IMG/VR virus record: IMGVR_UViG_3300023179_000204
Coordinates: 1-42,378 of that record
DNA: 42,378 nucleotides
Source of the DNA: a virus
Taxonomy: Duplodnaviria; Caudoviricetes
Reading direction: 5' to 3' (one strand)
Shown piece after piece: positions 19,502 to 28,657 of the stretch. The notes under the pieces are model-generated. The model worked only from the letters and a program-made list of their open reading frames with translations. It was not told where the DNA came from and ran no database searches. Every line of letters begins with the position of its first letter. Positions within the stretch are counted from its first letter, which is position 1. Both the position numbers and the translations under genes were made by a program.

Positions 19502-21439
19502 TTAAGTTTTACTATGATATAATAAACTTGCTAAATAGTTTGTAACTTGATGTTCTGCAGAAATTTCTTGTATATTATTAATTTGTTCTTGATTTTGATC
19601 AAATGGCTTATCTAAATATTGATCAATTTTTGATATCCAATTTTCTGGACTTTCATTAGCTATAATAATTTCAGATAATTTTTCTGCATCTTCTTTTTGT
19701 TGATTACTTAATTTTTTAACATTAAATTTCTTTCTAATTGCAGATTTTACTTCTTCTTCAAGGTTTTGGCTTGCTAAAATATTATCTTTAATTTTTGTTA
19801 CTGAAAAATTAGCATTAGTTCCAATTGGTTTAACATTTTTAGTGGATTGTTTTATACCAGTTGAGCCAGCTGGTCTTCCAGCCATTCCTCCAGCTGCGCC
19901 TCCAATAATTGGTTGATATAGTCCTTGATCTTTAAGATCTCTAAATTTTTGTTGTGATTGAATAGATTCTTCTGTAGTAGGAAGTCTTCCTTTTTCAATA
20001 GCTTGTAATCCTTCTTCTGGAGTTAATATTCCAAGTTCAATAAGTCTATTAAATATTCTAGAATATTGAACATCATCTTTAAGACTTATTTCTTCAAAAG
20101 ATGGAACAGGGAAATTTTTAAATCCAAGATCTTTACTCATTCTACGAATTTCTGGAATTAAAAATTCATTTAAGAAAACTTCTCTAGCCTGCTTTAATCT
20201 TTCGACAAAAACTTGGACTTTAATACTTTGATTTGCAAATTTTTCACTCCCAATAAGAATATTATTTAAGCCAATTTGTATATCTCTATCTACGACTTCA
20301 TATTTTTGTGGTCCAATAAGATTTCCAATATCTGGAATAACAAATTGCGCTTTAGTTGTATAATCTGCAATAAGAACTCTACCAACACTTTGATTTTCAA
20401 ATAATTGTTGCATTGCTTGAAGATTTTTTTGATTCACGCCACCTTTATCTGGATCTGTACCCATCGTTACAAGAAGAACTGCTTGCTGCATAGTTCTAGT
20501 AACTGCCATATCCATCTTTTTCATTTCAAGTTTCCAATTAATATCATCAAGAACAGGAAAGCCCATCGGGATTGAGAGTGGCTCGTAATCTTGTTTTTTA
20601 TAAAAAACCGCAGCCATTTTAGTTTTATCTAATGGCATTAAAATATAAGAAATACTTTTATTATCTACTTGTTTTCTTACATCATCTGGTAAATTATTAT
20701 ATACTTCACGATCTTCATCTGTTTTTGGATCGCGTAATCTTTCTAATTCGTAACTACTTAAAAGTTTATAATACATATTAAATGTATAATTCACTGTTCC
20801 ACCAATATAAACATCTGCTGGATTAATTAAAGTATATCTCGCTGGAACTGTTACGCTTCCATTTTCTGCAATAGATTTTAATTTTGAACCAAATGTTTGC
20901 GTAATTTTTAATAATTGTTCAGAACTTAAACTTGTGTCAAACCTGTAAACAAATACATTTCCGCTTCTATAATATTCACGAAAGAATTGATCTTGAAAAC
21001 TTGCCAAATTTATCTTTTTAAAATATGCTTCAAAAAATTCTCTAGATTTTTGACTTCCGCCAGTTAGATATATTGGGCTACTAGAAAATTCGGTCATTAA
21101 ATCAATCGTATTTCTAAAAATAGCAACATTATAATATGCTTTTTGACATAAAATAATTGCATCTCTTACGTCTAGTGTAGATAAATTTTTAATATAAGTA
21201 GAGTATCTAAATGGTATTAAACCTGTGTCAATATTTGTAAATCTATTCGTCTTTTCTATGCTTGATGAAGCATTTCTTCTGTATGAAGTAGACGCTTTAA
21301 TTTCTGCTATTTTTCTTCTTTTAGAAGAACTGTCTGTTTCGCTTCCATAAACCATTAATGGAGTTGTCTCTAGCGCTTGTTGAGAAGGAATAGTTATTGA
21401 CGCTTTAATTTCTTCAATTTTTTTAGATTTTTTACTCAT
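19502..21439 (-). CDS. Portal protein
   Basis: 645 aa directly after TerL; AIFRNTIDLMTEF and FFREYYRSGNVFVY portal-like helices. Confidence 0.85.
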   Translation of the reverse strand: MSKKSKKIEEIKASITIPSQQALETTPLMVYGSETDSSSKRRKIAEIKASTSYRRNASSSIEKTNRFTNIDTGLIPFRYSTYIKNLSTLDVRDAIILCQKAYYNVAIFRNTIDLMTEFSSSPIYLTGGSQKSREFFEAYFKKINLASFQDQFFREYYRSGNVFVYRFDTSLSSEQLLKITQTFGSKLKSIAENGSVTVPARYTLINPADVYIGGTVNYTFNMYYKLLSSYELERLRDPKTDEDREVYNNLPDDVRKQVDNKSISYILMPLDKTKMAAVFYKKQDYEPLSIPMGFPVLDDINWKLEMKKMDMAVTRTMQQAVLLVTMGTDPDKGGVNQKNLQAMQQLFENQSVGRVLIADYTTKAQFVIPDIGNLIGPQKYEVVDRDIQIGLNNILIGSEKFANQSIKVQVFVERLKQAREVFLNEFLIPEIRRMSKDLGFKNFPVPSFEEISLKDDVQYSRIFNRLIELGILTPEEGLQAIEKGRLPTTEESIQSQQKFRDLKDQGLYQPIIGGAAGGMAGRPAGSTGIKQSTKNVKPIGTNANFSVTKIKDNILASQNLEEEVKSAIRKKFNVKKLSNQQKEDAEKLSEIIIANESPENWISKIDQYLDKPFDQNQEQINNIQEISAEHQVTNYLASLLYHSKT

Positions 21440-21452
21440 TTAATGTAAATAT

Positions 21453-21457
21453 TACAC
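21453..21457 (-). promoter_or_regulatory. GTGTA putative late promoter of the portal gene
   Basis: Abuts the TerL stop codon; GTGTA-N13-ATG. Confidence 0.7.
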
Positions 21458-23302
21458 TTATTTTATCATTATCGGCGTAAAAGTGTTAGATATCTCCTCT
21501 TTTGGTACATTTATTATATCATTATAACACTTTAACCCCCAATTTGCTAATAAAAATGCTGAATAATTATCTTTTCTAGCTTTATTTGCAGAAGAACTTC
21601 TTTTTAAATGTTGAGGCAAGTCAAAGGATTGCGTCCCTCTTGCAGTTGAAGAATGTTCTATAAGAGTGCATTGTTTTTTCGTCTGATAGATAAAATCATC
21701 TTGATTTTCTATAAAATCTAAAGTAGACCAATCTTTCTTTTCTTCTGTTTTCATTAAATCTATTGGAATATTTTGATTAAACTGATTTTCAAAAAAACTA
21801 TCAGTTGAACATGTTTTACTTGCAAACCATATTTTTTTATAATCTATAGATGCTTGTAAGTATTCATTAGATTTTCTTATAAATGCGCTTGTAAATACTT
21901 GGTTAAAAGCTATTTTCTTTGCTTCCAAATTATAAGAATTTCTTGCTCGTTTTATTTCTTGATCATAATCTAATCCTTCTAAATCAGAATTAAATTCAAA
22001 AGAATTTATTTTAAAATTATTATTCTTAAATAATTCAGATTCATTACATGCCGATAAAAACACATCTGCTCCAGCATTATCAAGTATCATAAATACAATA
22101 TTAAAATTAGTCATTATATAATATAAATATTGAACATGATTTTTTAAATTACCTAAACCAGCATATGTATGAACTAATGTACCAGTTTTTGTTTCATCAT
22201 CTAGTTCTATCACTGCCATTGCAAAATAATCAGCATTAGGACTATCGCTCATGTTAGGATCAATTCCAAGAATATATTTTTTATTAGAAAGACCTTTCAT
22301 TAAAGTATGTGGTAATTGGCCATTAGGTATGGTGCAATCTTCCATTTTTTTAGCACTAAAATAACTATCACTACCATCAATAAATCTTGCGCAATATTCT
22401 CTAAGAAAACTACTATGACTTGATCCACCAGCCTGAGCTTCTTCAATAATTGTTTTATCTATCATTTCTTCTGGAAGGGCTTCGTAACTCATTTGAGAGA
22501 CAAAATATGTAGCCTCACTTTCTTCTTTAGAAAGTATTTTTTCCGTCCATTCATTGTATGTTTTATAAAGATTTTCAAATGTATAACTTGCCGAAGAAAG
22601 AGCTATCATCTTACTATTATTAGGAAAAACTATTTTATCTTCTTCTTTCAATAAACCTTCTTTAATTAAATTATCCTCTATTTCTCTTATTTCCATGCGC
22701 TCTTTCATATTTTGAGGCGCTACTAAAAATGGCATAAGAACTGTTTTTACAATATCTTCTGATAACAAAAGAAATTCGTCAAGAACAAGTACATTTGCTC
22801 GAAAACCTCGAATTTTTTCTCCACTTAATGGAATTGCTACGATACTTCCGCCATTAATTTGCCATTCGTATTGATCATTTCTTTTGCTTTTAGCGCCAAA
22901 AGCTTGTTTTAATAACTCACCACCCTTGCTATCAACAATTTTTTCTAGATTATTAAAAATAAATCTTGCCGTTCTAAAAGTAGGCCCAGCAATAAGGATT
23001 TTTGTGTTCGGCTCAAATATGCATTGCAAAAAACAAAAAACTGCAGCCATAAAAGACTTACCGCATCCACGACCAAAAACGCACAAACTAAAATTTCTGT
23101 TCAGTAATCCTTTTAGATGTATTTCTTGGTATGGAGCTAATTTAATGCCGCTTATTAATTCCGTAGTAAATCCTAAATTAGCTCTTAAAAATTTGGCTAA
23201 TGTAATTTTCGCTTCTTTATCATTAAGTATTCCTTTTAATTCAGATAATTCTAAATTTATATCTGAACGATCTTTTTTATATTTATCAGGGCAATAGATC
23301 AT
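21458..23302 (-). CDS. terL: Terminase large subunit
   Basis: Walker A GRGCGKS, IRGFRA, Walker B VLVLDE, coupling motif LSSA, nuclease motifs LGIDP and RKDNYSA. Confidence 0.92.
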   Translation of the reverse strand: MIYCPDKYKKDRSDINLELSELKGILNDKEAKITLAKFLRANLGFTTELISGIKLAPYQEIHLKGLLNRNFSLCVFGRGCGKSFMAAVFCFLQCIFEPNTKILIAGPTFRTARFIFNNLEKIVDSKGGELLKQAFGAKSKRNDQYEWQINGGSIVAIPLSGEKIRGFRANVLVLDEFLLLSEDIVKTVLMPFLVAPQNMKERMEIREIEDNLIKEGLLKEEDKIVFPNNSKMIALSSASYTFENLYKTYNEWTEKILSKEESEATYFVSQMSYEALPEEMIDKTIIEEAQAGGSSHSSFLREYCARFIDGSDSYFSAKKMEDCTIPNGQLPHTLMKGLSNKKYILGIDPNMSDSPNADYFAMAVIELDDETKTGTLVHTYAGLGNLKNHVQYLYYIMTNFNIVFMILDNAGADVFLSACNESELFKNNNFKINSFEFNSDLEGLDYDQEIKRARNSYNLEAKKIAFNQVFTSAFIRKSNEYLQASIDYKKIWFASKTCSTDSFFENQFNQNIPIDLMKTEEKKDWSTLDFIENQDDFIYQTKKQCTLIEHSSTARGTQSFDLPQHLKRSSSANKARKDNYSAFLLANWGLKCYNDIINVPKEEISNTFTPIMIK

Positions 23303-24234
23303 AAAATTTTCATATCATAAGCTAATTGAAGATCAATTTTTTTATAGAAACATTTACTTGCAAAAACTGTCTCAATGATTCTGGTCATCTCTTTCCTTCC
23401 GTCAACAAAAAGAAATTGCAAATTATTATAATTTTGCAAAAGCTCGCGAACATTATGAAATATATATTCTGGAGTAGCTTTAATTTTTTTGCTAATATGT
23501 GGAAGATATGGAAAACTTAAAGCGTTTGTTAAAGTTTCTTCTACCATAACTATAATGTAAGAATTATTTTTAATAGCTTTTTCAATCTCATTTTTAAAAC
23601 GATCATAATTTTTAACACTCAAAGTACTAATAAAATCACTTAAACTTTTTCTTTCTATAAAACATCCGCAATTATCGTTAGAGCATGTGTAGTCTCCAAA
23701 AGATAGAGTTTTAATCTCAAATGGAATATTAAATTTCAACCAAATCTGCTCGCGGGTATCTACAAAAATTGTATCTTTTTGAGTTAATTTATTGTTAAAA
23801 TTATCATTAATAAAATTTGGGTGAATAAATTTATTTTCTAATCCTATAGAAGAACATATATCATAATAATCTTTAAATATTTTATTATAAAATATAATTG
23901 ATGGCGCCATAATTGTTCTAAGTTCTACTTGAGTAGGACTATAGATTAATTTTTTATTCTCTTTTCTTTTAATTAAAAGTTCTTTGCAATATTTTTGAGC
24001 TTTTTCTAATGGTTGTTCTTTTAACCATTTTTTCATATTATTTTTATCATTAAAATCACTATTAAAATATTGTTCTTTTGTTTTAAAATTAATTAATTCA
24101 TCTGTAAGAAGATCTCTACGTTCATAATAAGTTTGATAATATTTTACTTTATTTAAACCATAACCCTTAAGAGCGAAATGAAGACTTTTTTCATCTTTAA
24201 ACTCCTTACCATCAATTTTGCATATTATGCTCAT
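23299..24234 (-). CDS. ERCC4-type (XPF/Mus81-like) nuclease
   Basis: VDTREQ, GDY and IERKSLSDF motifs; ATGA overlaps with both neighbours. Confidence 0.85.
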   Translation of the reverse strand: MSIICKIDGKEFKDEKSLHFALKGYGLNKVKYYQTYYERRDLLTDELINFKTKEQYFNSDFNDKNNMKKWLKEQPLEKAQKYCKELLIKRKENKKLIYSPTQVELRTIMAPSIIFYNKIFKDYYDICSSIGLENKFIHPNFINDNFNNKLTQKDTIFVDTREQIWLKFNIPFEIKTLSFGDYTCSNDNCGCFIERKSLSDFISTLSVKNYDRFKNEIEKAIKNNSYIIVMVEETLTNALSFPYLPHISKKIKATPEYIFHNVRELLQNYNNLQFLFVDGRKEMTRIIETVFASKCFYKKIDLQLAYDMKIL

Positions 24235-25325
24235 CCATTTAAAATATCTTCTTCTGATATTCCTAAAATTTTAGATTTTAATTCGTCCATCGTACCAAGT
24301 CTTTCAATTTCTTTTTTAATAACTGATTTTCTAAGTTCAGCCATTTTGATTAATTTTTGTCTGGACTCTTCTTGTTTCCACATTTCAACTAAATTTAATA
24401 TACTTGCGTTTTCTTTTACTTGCTTACTTAACCTTTCGCTTCTTTTAACTTTAAGGTCATTAAGAAGTTTTTGTTGACGATTTACGCAGTCATTATATTC
24501 TTTTCTTGCTGTATTACTTGCTTCAACTAATGCCATTGGAATTTTACCGTCTTCTTGAATTGCCATATCAATTTGGTTTTGTAAAACATTAATTGTCTGT
24601 TGAATATTAGAAGATATCACTACTTCTGTCGAAAGCACAATATATTGGTCAACTTCTTCTTGAGTTAAGTCGCTTTTATCATGGGTATACCTTACGAAAC
24701 TGCTTTCAAAAAGATCTCTATCTTTTTCATCATCATATAAATTTATTTGATGTCCAAATCTAAAAGTATTCATATATCCAATTAATGAATTAATTTCTTT
24801 TTTTTGCTTTGGGCTAATTTTTTCTTTATCTATTCCATCTAGAATATATTTATTAATTTTTGCTATCATTCTTTCTTCACTTCTTGGCGCTCGATATTCT
24901 TCAGTTGAAGCATTTTGATTTATGGTATCTAAATATTTAATATTAGATGGAACCGTTTTCATATATTCTAAAATACTTCTTGTTTCTTGTGATAAATTTG
25001 TTAAAGAATCGTTTTTGAATAATATTTTTGCAATTTCTAATCCCGTCATAGTTGAACAATTATTGCTTATATATTCTTTTTGCTCATCTGTTAGATTTAA
25101 AAGCCCCTTAGCTTGATATTCGTGACTTTTTCTAGGTTTAATTTGTCTTGATGCAAGAAAATTTTTTACAGCTTTTCCTTCTTTGCTTCTTCCATCTAAA
25201 TCCTCTCTATTAAAAGCTAATTTTACGAGTTCAACAAGTGAAGGAGGATTGTCTGGACGATTATTCCATTCTTCTAACAATTTTAATTGTTGTTCTTGAG
25301 TTAATTCTGGTAAATTCTCGCTCAT
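24231..25325 (-). CDS. Hypothetical protein, candidate terminase small subunit
   Basis: HTH-like TGLEIAKILF and C-terminal coiled coil; position upstream of nuclease and TerL. Function is inference. Confidence 0.45.
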   Translation of the reverse strand: MSENLPELTQEQQLKLLEEWNNRPDNPPSLVELVKLAFNREDLDGRSKEGKAVKNFLASRQIKPRKSHEYQAKGLLNLTDEQKEYISNNCSTMTGLEIAKILFKNDSLTNLSQETRSILEYMKTVPSNIKYLDTINQNASTEEYRAPRSEERMIAKINKYILDGIDKEKISPKQKKEINSLIGYMNTFRFGHQINLYDDEKDRDLFESSFVRYTHDKSDLTQEEVDQYIVLSTEVVISSNIQQTINVLQNQIDMAIQEDGKIPMALVEASNTARKEYNDCVNRQQKLLNDLKVKRSERLSKQVKENASILNLVEMWKQEESRQKLIKMAELRKSVIKKEIERLGTMDELKSKILGISEEDILNG

Positions 25326-25326
25326 A

Positions 25327-26010
25327 TTAATTTATATCAATATCTCCATTGTATAAATGTTTTTTTACTTTAATCATAATAGCTTTTTTAAGATTCTTAA
25401 CTTGTTTATATCCTATTTTACGATTTTTTTCATTTGTTTTATAACCCATTAATTTTGCTGATTCTTCTTCGCTTTTATGTTTTACATAATACAAATCATA
25501 GAATTTCCATTCTATAGGTTTTAAAACTTGTTTCATTTTTATATGAATATTTTGCGCGGCTTTTTCTATATCTATTTCGTCTTCAATAATGTTATGAACT
25601 TCTTGGGTATGGTTCTCTAAAGTCACGGGAAGTTTAATGTCATGCGCCGATTTTTTGCTTTTTTCCCATTTTGCGTATAATGGACATTTATTACATTGTG
25701 ATCCATAAATATTACATCCATCTTCACTTTCTGCTGCCGCGCATTTTAAACATGGTCTTGAATAATTTCCATAATTATTACGTATAAGATTTTTTATTTG
25801 ATTACTAACAATCCTATTTATCCATGGTGCTAGAGGTTGTTTTTGATCATACATACTCCATTTTTTATAAATATGTATTCTTAATATTTGCGCTACGTCA
25901 TTAAAATCCATCCAAGCTAGCGTGGTCAAACTCCATTTATGACGGCGTTTATTAATTTCTTGATTAATCTCCGAAATTTTACTTTCGAAACTGAATTTCG
26001 AAGACTTCAT
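25327..26010 (-). CDS. Phage sigma-70-family (ECF-like) sigma factor with Cys-rich linker
   Basis: Region 2 DFNDVAQILRIHIYKKW..YD....PWINRIVSNQIKNLIR; region 4 HTH LKPIEW..Y...SEEESAKLMG. Confidence 0.8.
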   Translation of the reverse strand: MKSSKFSFESKISEINQEINKRRHKWSLTTLAWMDFNDVAQILRIHIYKKWSMYDQKQPLAPWINRIVSNQIKNLIRNNYGNYSRPCLKCAAAESEDGCNIYGSQCNKCPLYAKWEKSKKSAHDIKLPVTLENHTQEVHNIIEDEIDIEKAAQNIHIKMKQVLKPIEWKFYDLYYVKHKSEEESAKLMGYKTNEKNRKIGYKQVKNLKKAIMIKVKKHLYNGDIDIN

Positions 26011-26013
26011 TAA

Positions 26014-26430
26014 TTATCTCTTATTTTTTCTTAAAGAACCTGCCTCTTTTGCAAAATCTTCTAATATTTGTTTTCTTGAAGTTTTTTTACCTTTTGATTT
26101 TATTTTTTCTTTTTTAGAAACATTTGTATTTGTTCCCATTAAATCTTTTAATTTAACGCCTCGTTTTGGTTGATCATTTTGGGTTTCAATTTGAATATTA
26201 GATATTTCAGGAACACTACTTACGTCTTCATTATCATCATAATCATCTTCAATTTCTACTTGAGGTTCAATTGTCTTAATTTTATTTGCTACTGTTGGTT
26301 TTTGCATTAGAACTTTTTGAACAATCGGTTGAGCAGATTTTTCAAATGAGTTACCACAATTTGAACAAAATACTGGTTTTTTTACGCTATATTCTGTTGG
26401 AGACCCGCAATCGGTACAATATCTTTTCAT
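26014..26430 (-). CDS. Zinc-ribbon protein
   Basis: YCTDCG...FCSNCG, followed by an acidic stretch and a basic C-terminus. Confidence 0.75.
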   Translation of the reverse strand: MKRYCTDCGSPTEYSVKKPVFCSNCGNSFEKSAQPIVQKVLMQKPTVANKIKTIEPQVEIEDDYDDNEDVSSVPEISNIQIETQNDQPKRGVKLKDLMGTNTNVSKKEKIKSKGKKTSRKQILEDFAKEAGSLRKNKR

Positions 26431-26475
26431 TTAATATTATTATATATTAAATGTTGGGTTTAATCTAATTTTAAA

Positions 26476-26772
26476 TTATTTTAAATTATATTTTTCTTTT
26501 GTACTGTCTGGTACGCCCGACTCTAAACCTTTGGATTTTGCTTTTTGCCATAATTTACGTATAAATTGATCATAACTCATACTTTTTTTCATTCTACCAA
26601 AATTATTAATTGCATCTCTAACATCTTGAGTTGTCGTTATAGGAAAACTTCTATCTTCTGGGAAAAGAAAATCACTATCTTTTAATTCACTTCTTTTTTT
26701 GCCTTTGTATGTTTTTTGATACGCTTCTGTTTCTGTTATATCTAATTCAATATATTTGACTTTTTTATTCAT
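26476..26772 (-). CDS. Small head-associated protein (DUF6582-like)
   Basis: RSELKDSDFLFPEDRSFPI...DVRDAI..FGR motif. Confidence 0.6.
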   Translation of the reverse strand: MNKKVKYIELDITETEAYQKTYKGKKRSELKDSDFLFPEDRSFPITTTQDVRDAINNFGRMKKSMSYDQFIRKLWQKAKSKGLESGVPDSTKEKYNLK

Positions 26773-26777
26773 ACTTT

Positions 26778-27419
26778 TTATGCTAGTGTTAAAAGATATT
26801 TTAATTGATTTAAGCTTCCAAGAATCTCATCTCTAATATTTAAAAGATCAGTATCTTTAGTGCTATCTAATTGAGTTCCTAAGCCAATAAGAAAATTAAT
26901 ATATGCATCTGTTACTGCATTAAAATCTGAATCTTTATAATTTCCAAGGGTAAGATTAAAAGTATTTGAAGCTATGACTCTGCCATATTTACCCATATAA
27001 GTTTCAATAAACTCATCGATATTTGATATCAGGCTGCTTACAATTTCATCAAAGCTTTTATGTTGAGAAAATGATGTAGTTTGCCAATGAAAAATTTTAT
27101 ATTGATTTTGCATTTGAAGCATCATAGTCTGAATCATTTCGCCTTTGTCATTAACTTCAGCTTTTGTTTCTGCCGTAGGAGCACTTGCTTCGATTTTTGG
27201 GGTCTCTTTGGCTTCTTCTTTTTTATTCATATTTTTAATATCATCTGAAAAATCTACTTCTACTTCATTAGCTTTTGATTTCTTTTTTGGATTACGAAAA
27301 GTATTTAAACAAATTGCTACTTTTTGATCTTGTGGGCGATCTTCTTTTCCTATTTTATGCATGCAACGACCCATATAATCGTTTTGTTTTTCGCCTTTTT
27401 TAGGTTGTGGTATTGGCAT
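26778..27419 (-). CDS. Ferritin/Dps-like (DUF5856-like) protein with an N-terminal phage head module
   Basis: HWQTTSFSQHK...IDEFIE...NIRDEILG...KYLLTL; N-terminal P..GE...RCM...Q.VAIC module. Confidence 0.8.
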   Translation of the reverse strand: MPIPQPKKGEKQNDYMGRCMHKIGKEDRPQDQKVAICLNTFRNPKKKSKANEVEVDFSDDIKNMNKKEEAKETPKIEASAPTAETKAEVNDKGEMIQTMMLQMQNQYKIFHWQTTSFSQHKSFDEIVSSLISNIDEFIETYMGKYGRVIASNTFNLTLGNYKDSDFNAVTDAYINFLIGLGTQLDSTKDTDLLNIRDEILGSLNQLKYLLTLA

Positions 27420-27428
27420 ATAAGTATA

Positions 27429-27433
27429 TACAC
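27429..27433 (-). promoter_or_regulatory. GTGTA putative late promoter element
   Basis: GTGTA-N9-ATG of gene 26778-27419. Confidence 0.75.
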
Positions 27434-27457
27434 TTAGAATATTTATAAGTAGAACCG

Positions 27458-27504
27458 TGCCATTTTGTCATGCCCATAAATTATAATATTATGTCATTTT
27501 GTCT
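27458..27504 (+). promoter_or_regulatory. Two putative enhancer-binding-protein sites (TGYCATTTTGTCW)
   Basis: TGCCATTTTGTCA at 27458-27470 and TGTCATTTTGTCT at 27492-27504, upstream of the sigma54 promoter. Confidence 0.6.
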
Positions 27505-27533
27505 CTATTTGATATTTTTCTCTCTGTATAAAG

Positions 27534-27550
27534 TTGGCATGCATCTTGCA
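27534..27550 (+). promoter_or_regulatory. sigma54 (-24/-12) promoter of Hsp20
   Basis: TTGGCATGCATCTTGCA gives GG-N10-GC and matches the TGGCAC-N5-TTGCW consensus. Confidence 0.8.
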
Positions 27551-27579
27551 TATAAACAATGCAAAGGAGGCATAAAAAT

Positions 27580-27936
27580 ATGCTATTAACATTAAGAAAT
27601 GGACATAGACCATTAGATATATTTGAAAATATATTTAATGATTCTATATTTAACTATGATAAGGGATATTCTGACTTTGTATTAGAAAATGATCAGTATT
27701 CTCTTGAAATTCCTCTAGCAGGATTTAAAAAAGAAAATATTGATATTACTACAAATCAAGAATATCTAACAATAAATGCTACAAGAAAAGATGGTAAAGT
27801 AAAATATGAAAAATCTTTTTACTTGCCAAGAAAAGTAGATCTTTCAGAAGTAAAAGCAAAACATGAAGATGGTTTGCTTACTATCGCTTTTGGTAAAGAA
27901 AATAAAAAACTACAAAATAAAATCAAAATAGACTAA
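27580..27936 (+). CDS. Small heat-shock protein (Hsp20/alpha-crystallin)
   Basis: LEIPLAGFKKENIDI...FYLPRKVD...AKHEDGLLTI. Start moved to 27580 because SD AAGGAGG lies at 27564-27570. Confidence 0.92.
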   Translation: MLLTLRNGHRPLDIFENIFNDSIFNYDKGYSDFVLENDQYSLEIPLAGFKKENIDITTNQEYLTINATRKDGKVKYEKSFYLPRKVDLSEVKAKHEDGLLTIAFGKENKKLQNKIKID

Positions 27937-27937
27937 T

Positions 27938-27974
27938 AAAAATCTTAGCGTCAAGTTCAATCCTTGGCGCTAAG
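27938..27974. terminator. Stem-loop terminator between convergent transcription units
   Basis: CTTAGCGTCAAG-ttcaatc-CTTGGCGCTAAG at 27944-27974; T-rich tail on the minus strand. Confidence 0.7.
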
Positions 27975-27978
27975 TGTA
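27974..27978 (+). promoter_or_regulatory. GTGTA putative late promoter element
   Basis: GTGTA-N10-ATG of a 24-aa ORF. Confidence 0.5.
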
Positions 27979-27988
27979 ATAGTTTTAA

Positions 27989-28063
27989 ATGACTATTTCT
28001 TCAGTATTAATTTGTGTTGCTGTTTTTGTTTATATATTTTATTTAGAAGCTAGAATTAAATAA
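27989..28063 (+). CDS. 24-aa single-TM microprotein (not in ORF track)
   Basis: MTISSVLICVAVFVYIFYLEARIK; fills the gap and is preceded by GTGTA at the typical spacing. Confidence 0.5.
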   Translation: MTISSVLICVAVFVYIFYLEARIK

Positions 28064-28064
28064 A

Positions 28065-28640
28065 CTAAAATCCATTAGTAGTTATATTATAAGAATAATA
28101 ATTAGCTCCGTTAGTTGTCTTTGATATAGTAGGAGTACTAAAACTTACAGTAATAATATCTCCTCCGCCATTTTCACCAAATTGAATTCTAATAGGATAT
28201 TTTCTATTTGCAATTAATGAAATTGAACCAGAAGTTTCTCCTGGGGCATGTAATCCTCCATTATTTACTGTGGCATTTGCGGTAGTATATCCATTTTTAG
28301 CTATATCACCGATCCATAAATAACTTGCATCATCTGAGGTTGTATAAAAAGTATAAGTCTCGCTTGTTGATGGCGTAAAATATCCAATCCATTCCCAACT
28401 ATAAAGATCTGCGTTACTAGTAAAATTATTTATTTGAGTTAATTGATTTGTTTGTCCTTGTTTTATTGCAGTAGAAAACCAATTTACATTATCATTTGTA
28501 TCTGTTAAACTACCAAAATATCCAACATATCTTCTTCCGTATAAACCTGGACTGGTTGATATTGTATTGTTCTTTTTTGGAGTATATATATTTATTCCTC
28601 TTTTAAAAGATCTTAATTGTTTTGTGCCTTTTATTATCAT
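28065..28640 (-). CDS. PA14-domain carbohydrate-binding protein
   Basis: WIGYFTP...YTFYTTSDDASYLWIG...NNGGLH...YPIRIQFGENGGG motifs. Confidence 0.9.
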   Translation of the reverse strand: MIIKGTKQLRSFKRGINIYTPKKNNTISTSPGLYGRRYVGYFGSLTDTNDNVNWFSTAIKQGQTNQLTQINNFTSNADLYSWEWIGYFTPSTSETYTFYTTSDDASYLWIGDIAKNGYTTANATVNNGGLHAPGETSGSISLIANRKYPIRIQFGENGGGDIITVSFSTPTISKTTNGANYYSYNITTNGF

Positions 28641-28651
28641 GCAAAATATAT

Positions 28652-28656
28652 TACAC
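28652..28656 (-). promoter_or_regulatory. GTGTA putative late promoter element
   Basis: GTGTA-N11-ATG of the PA14 gene. Confidence 0.75.
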
Positions 28657-28657
28657 T

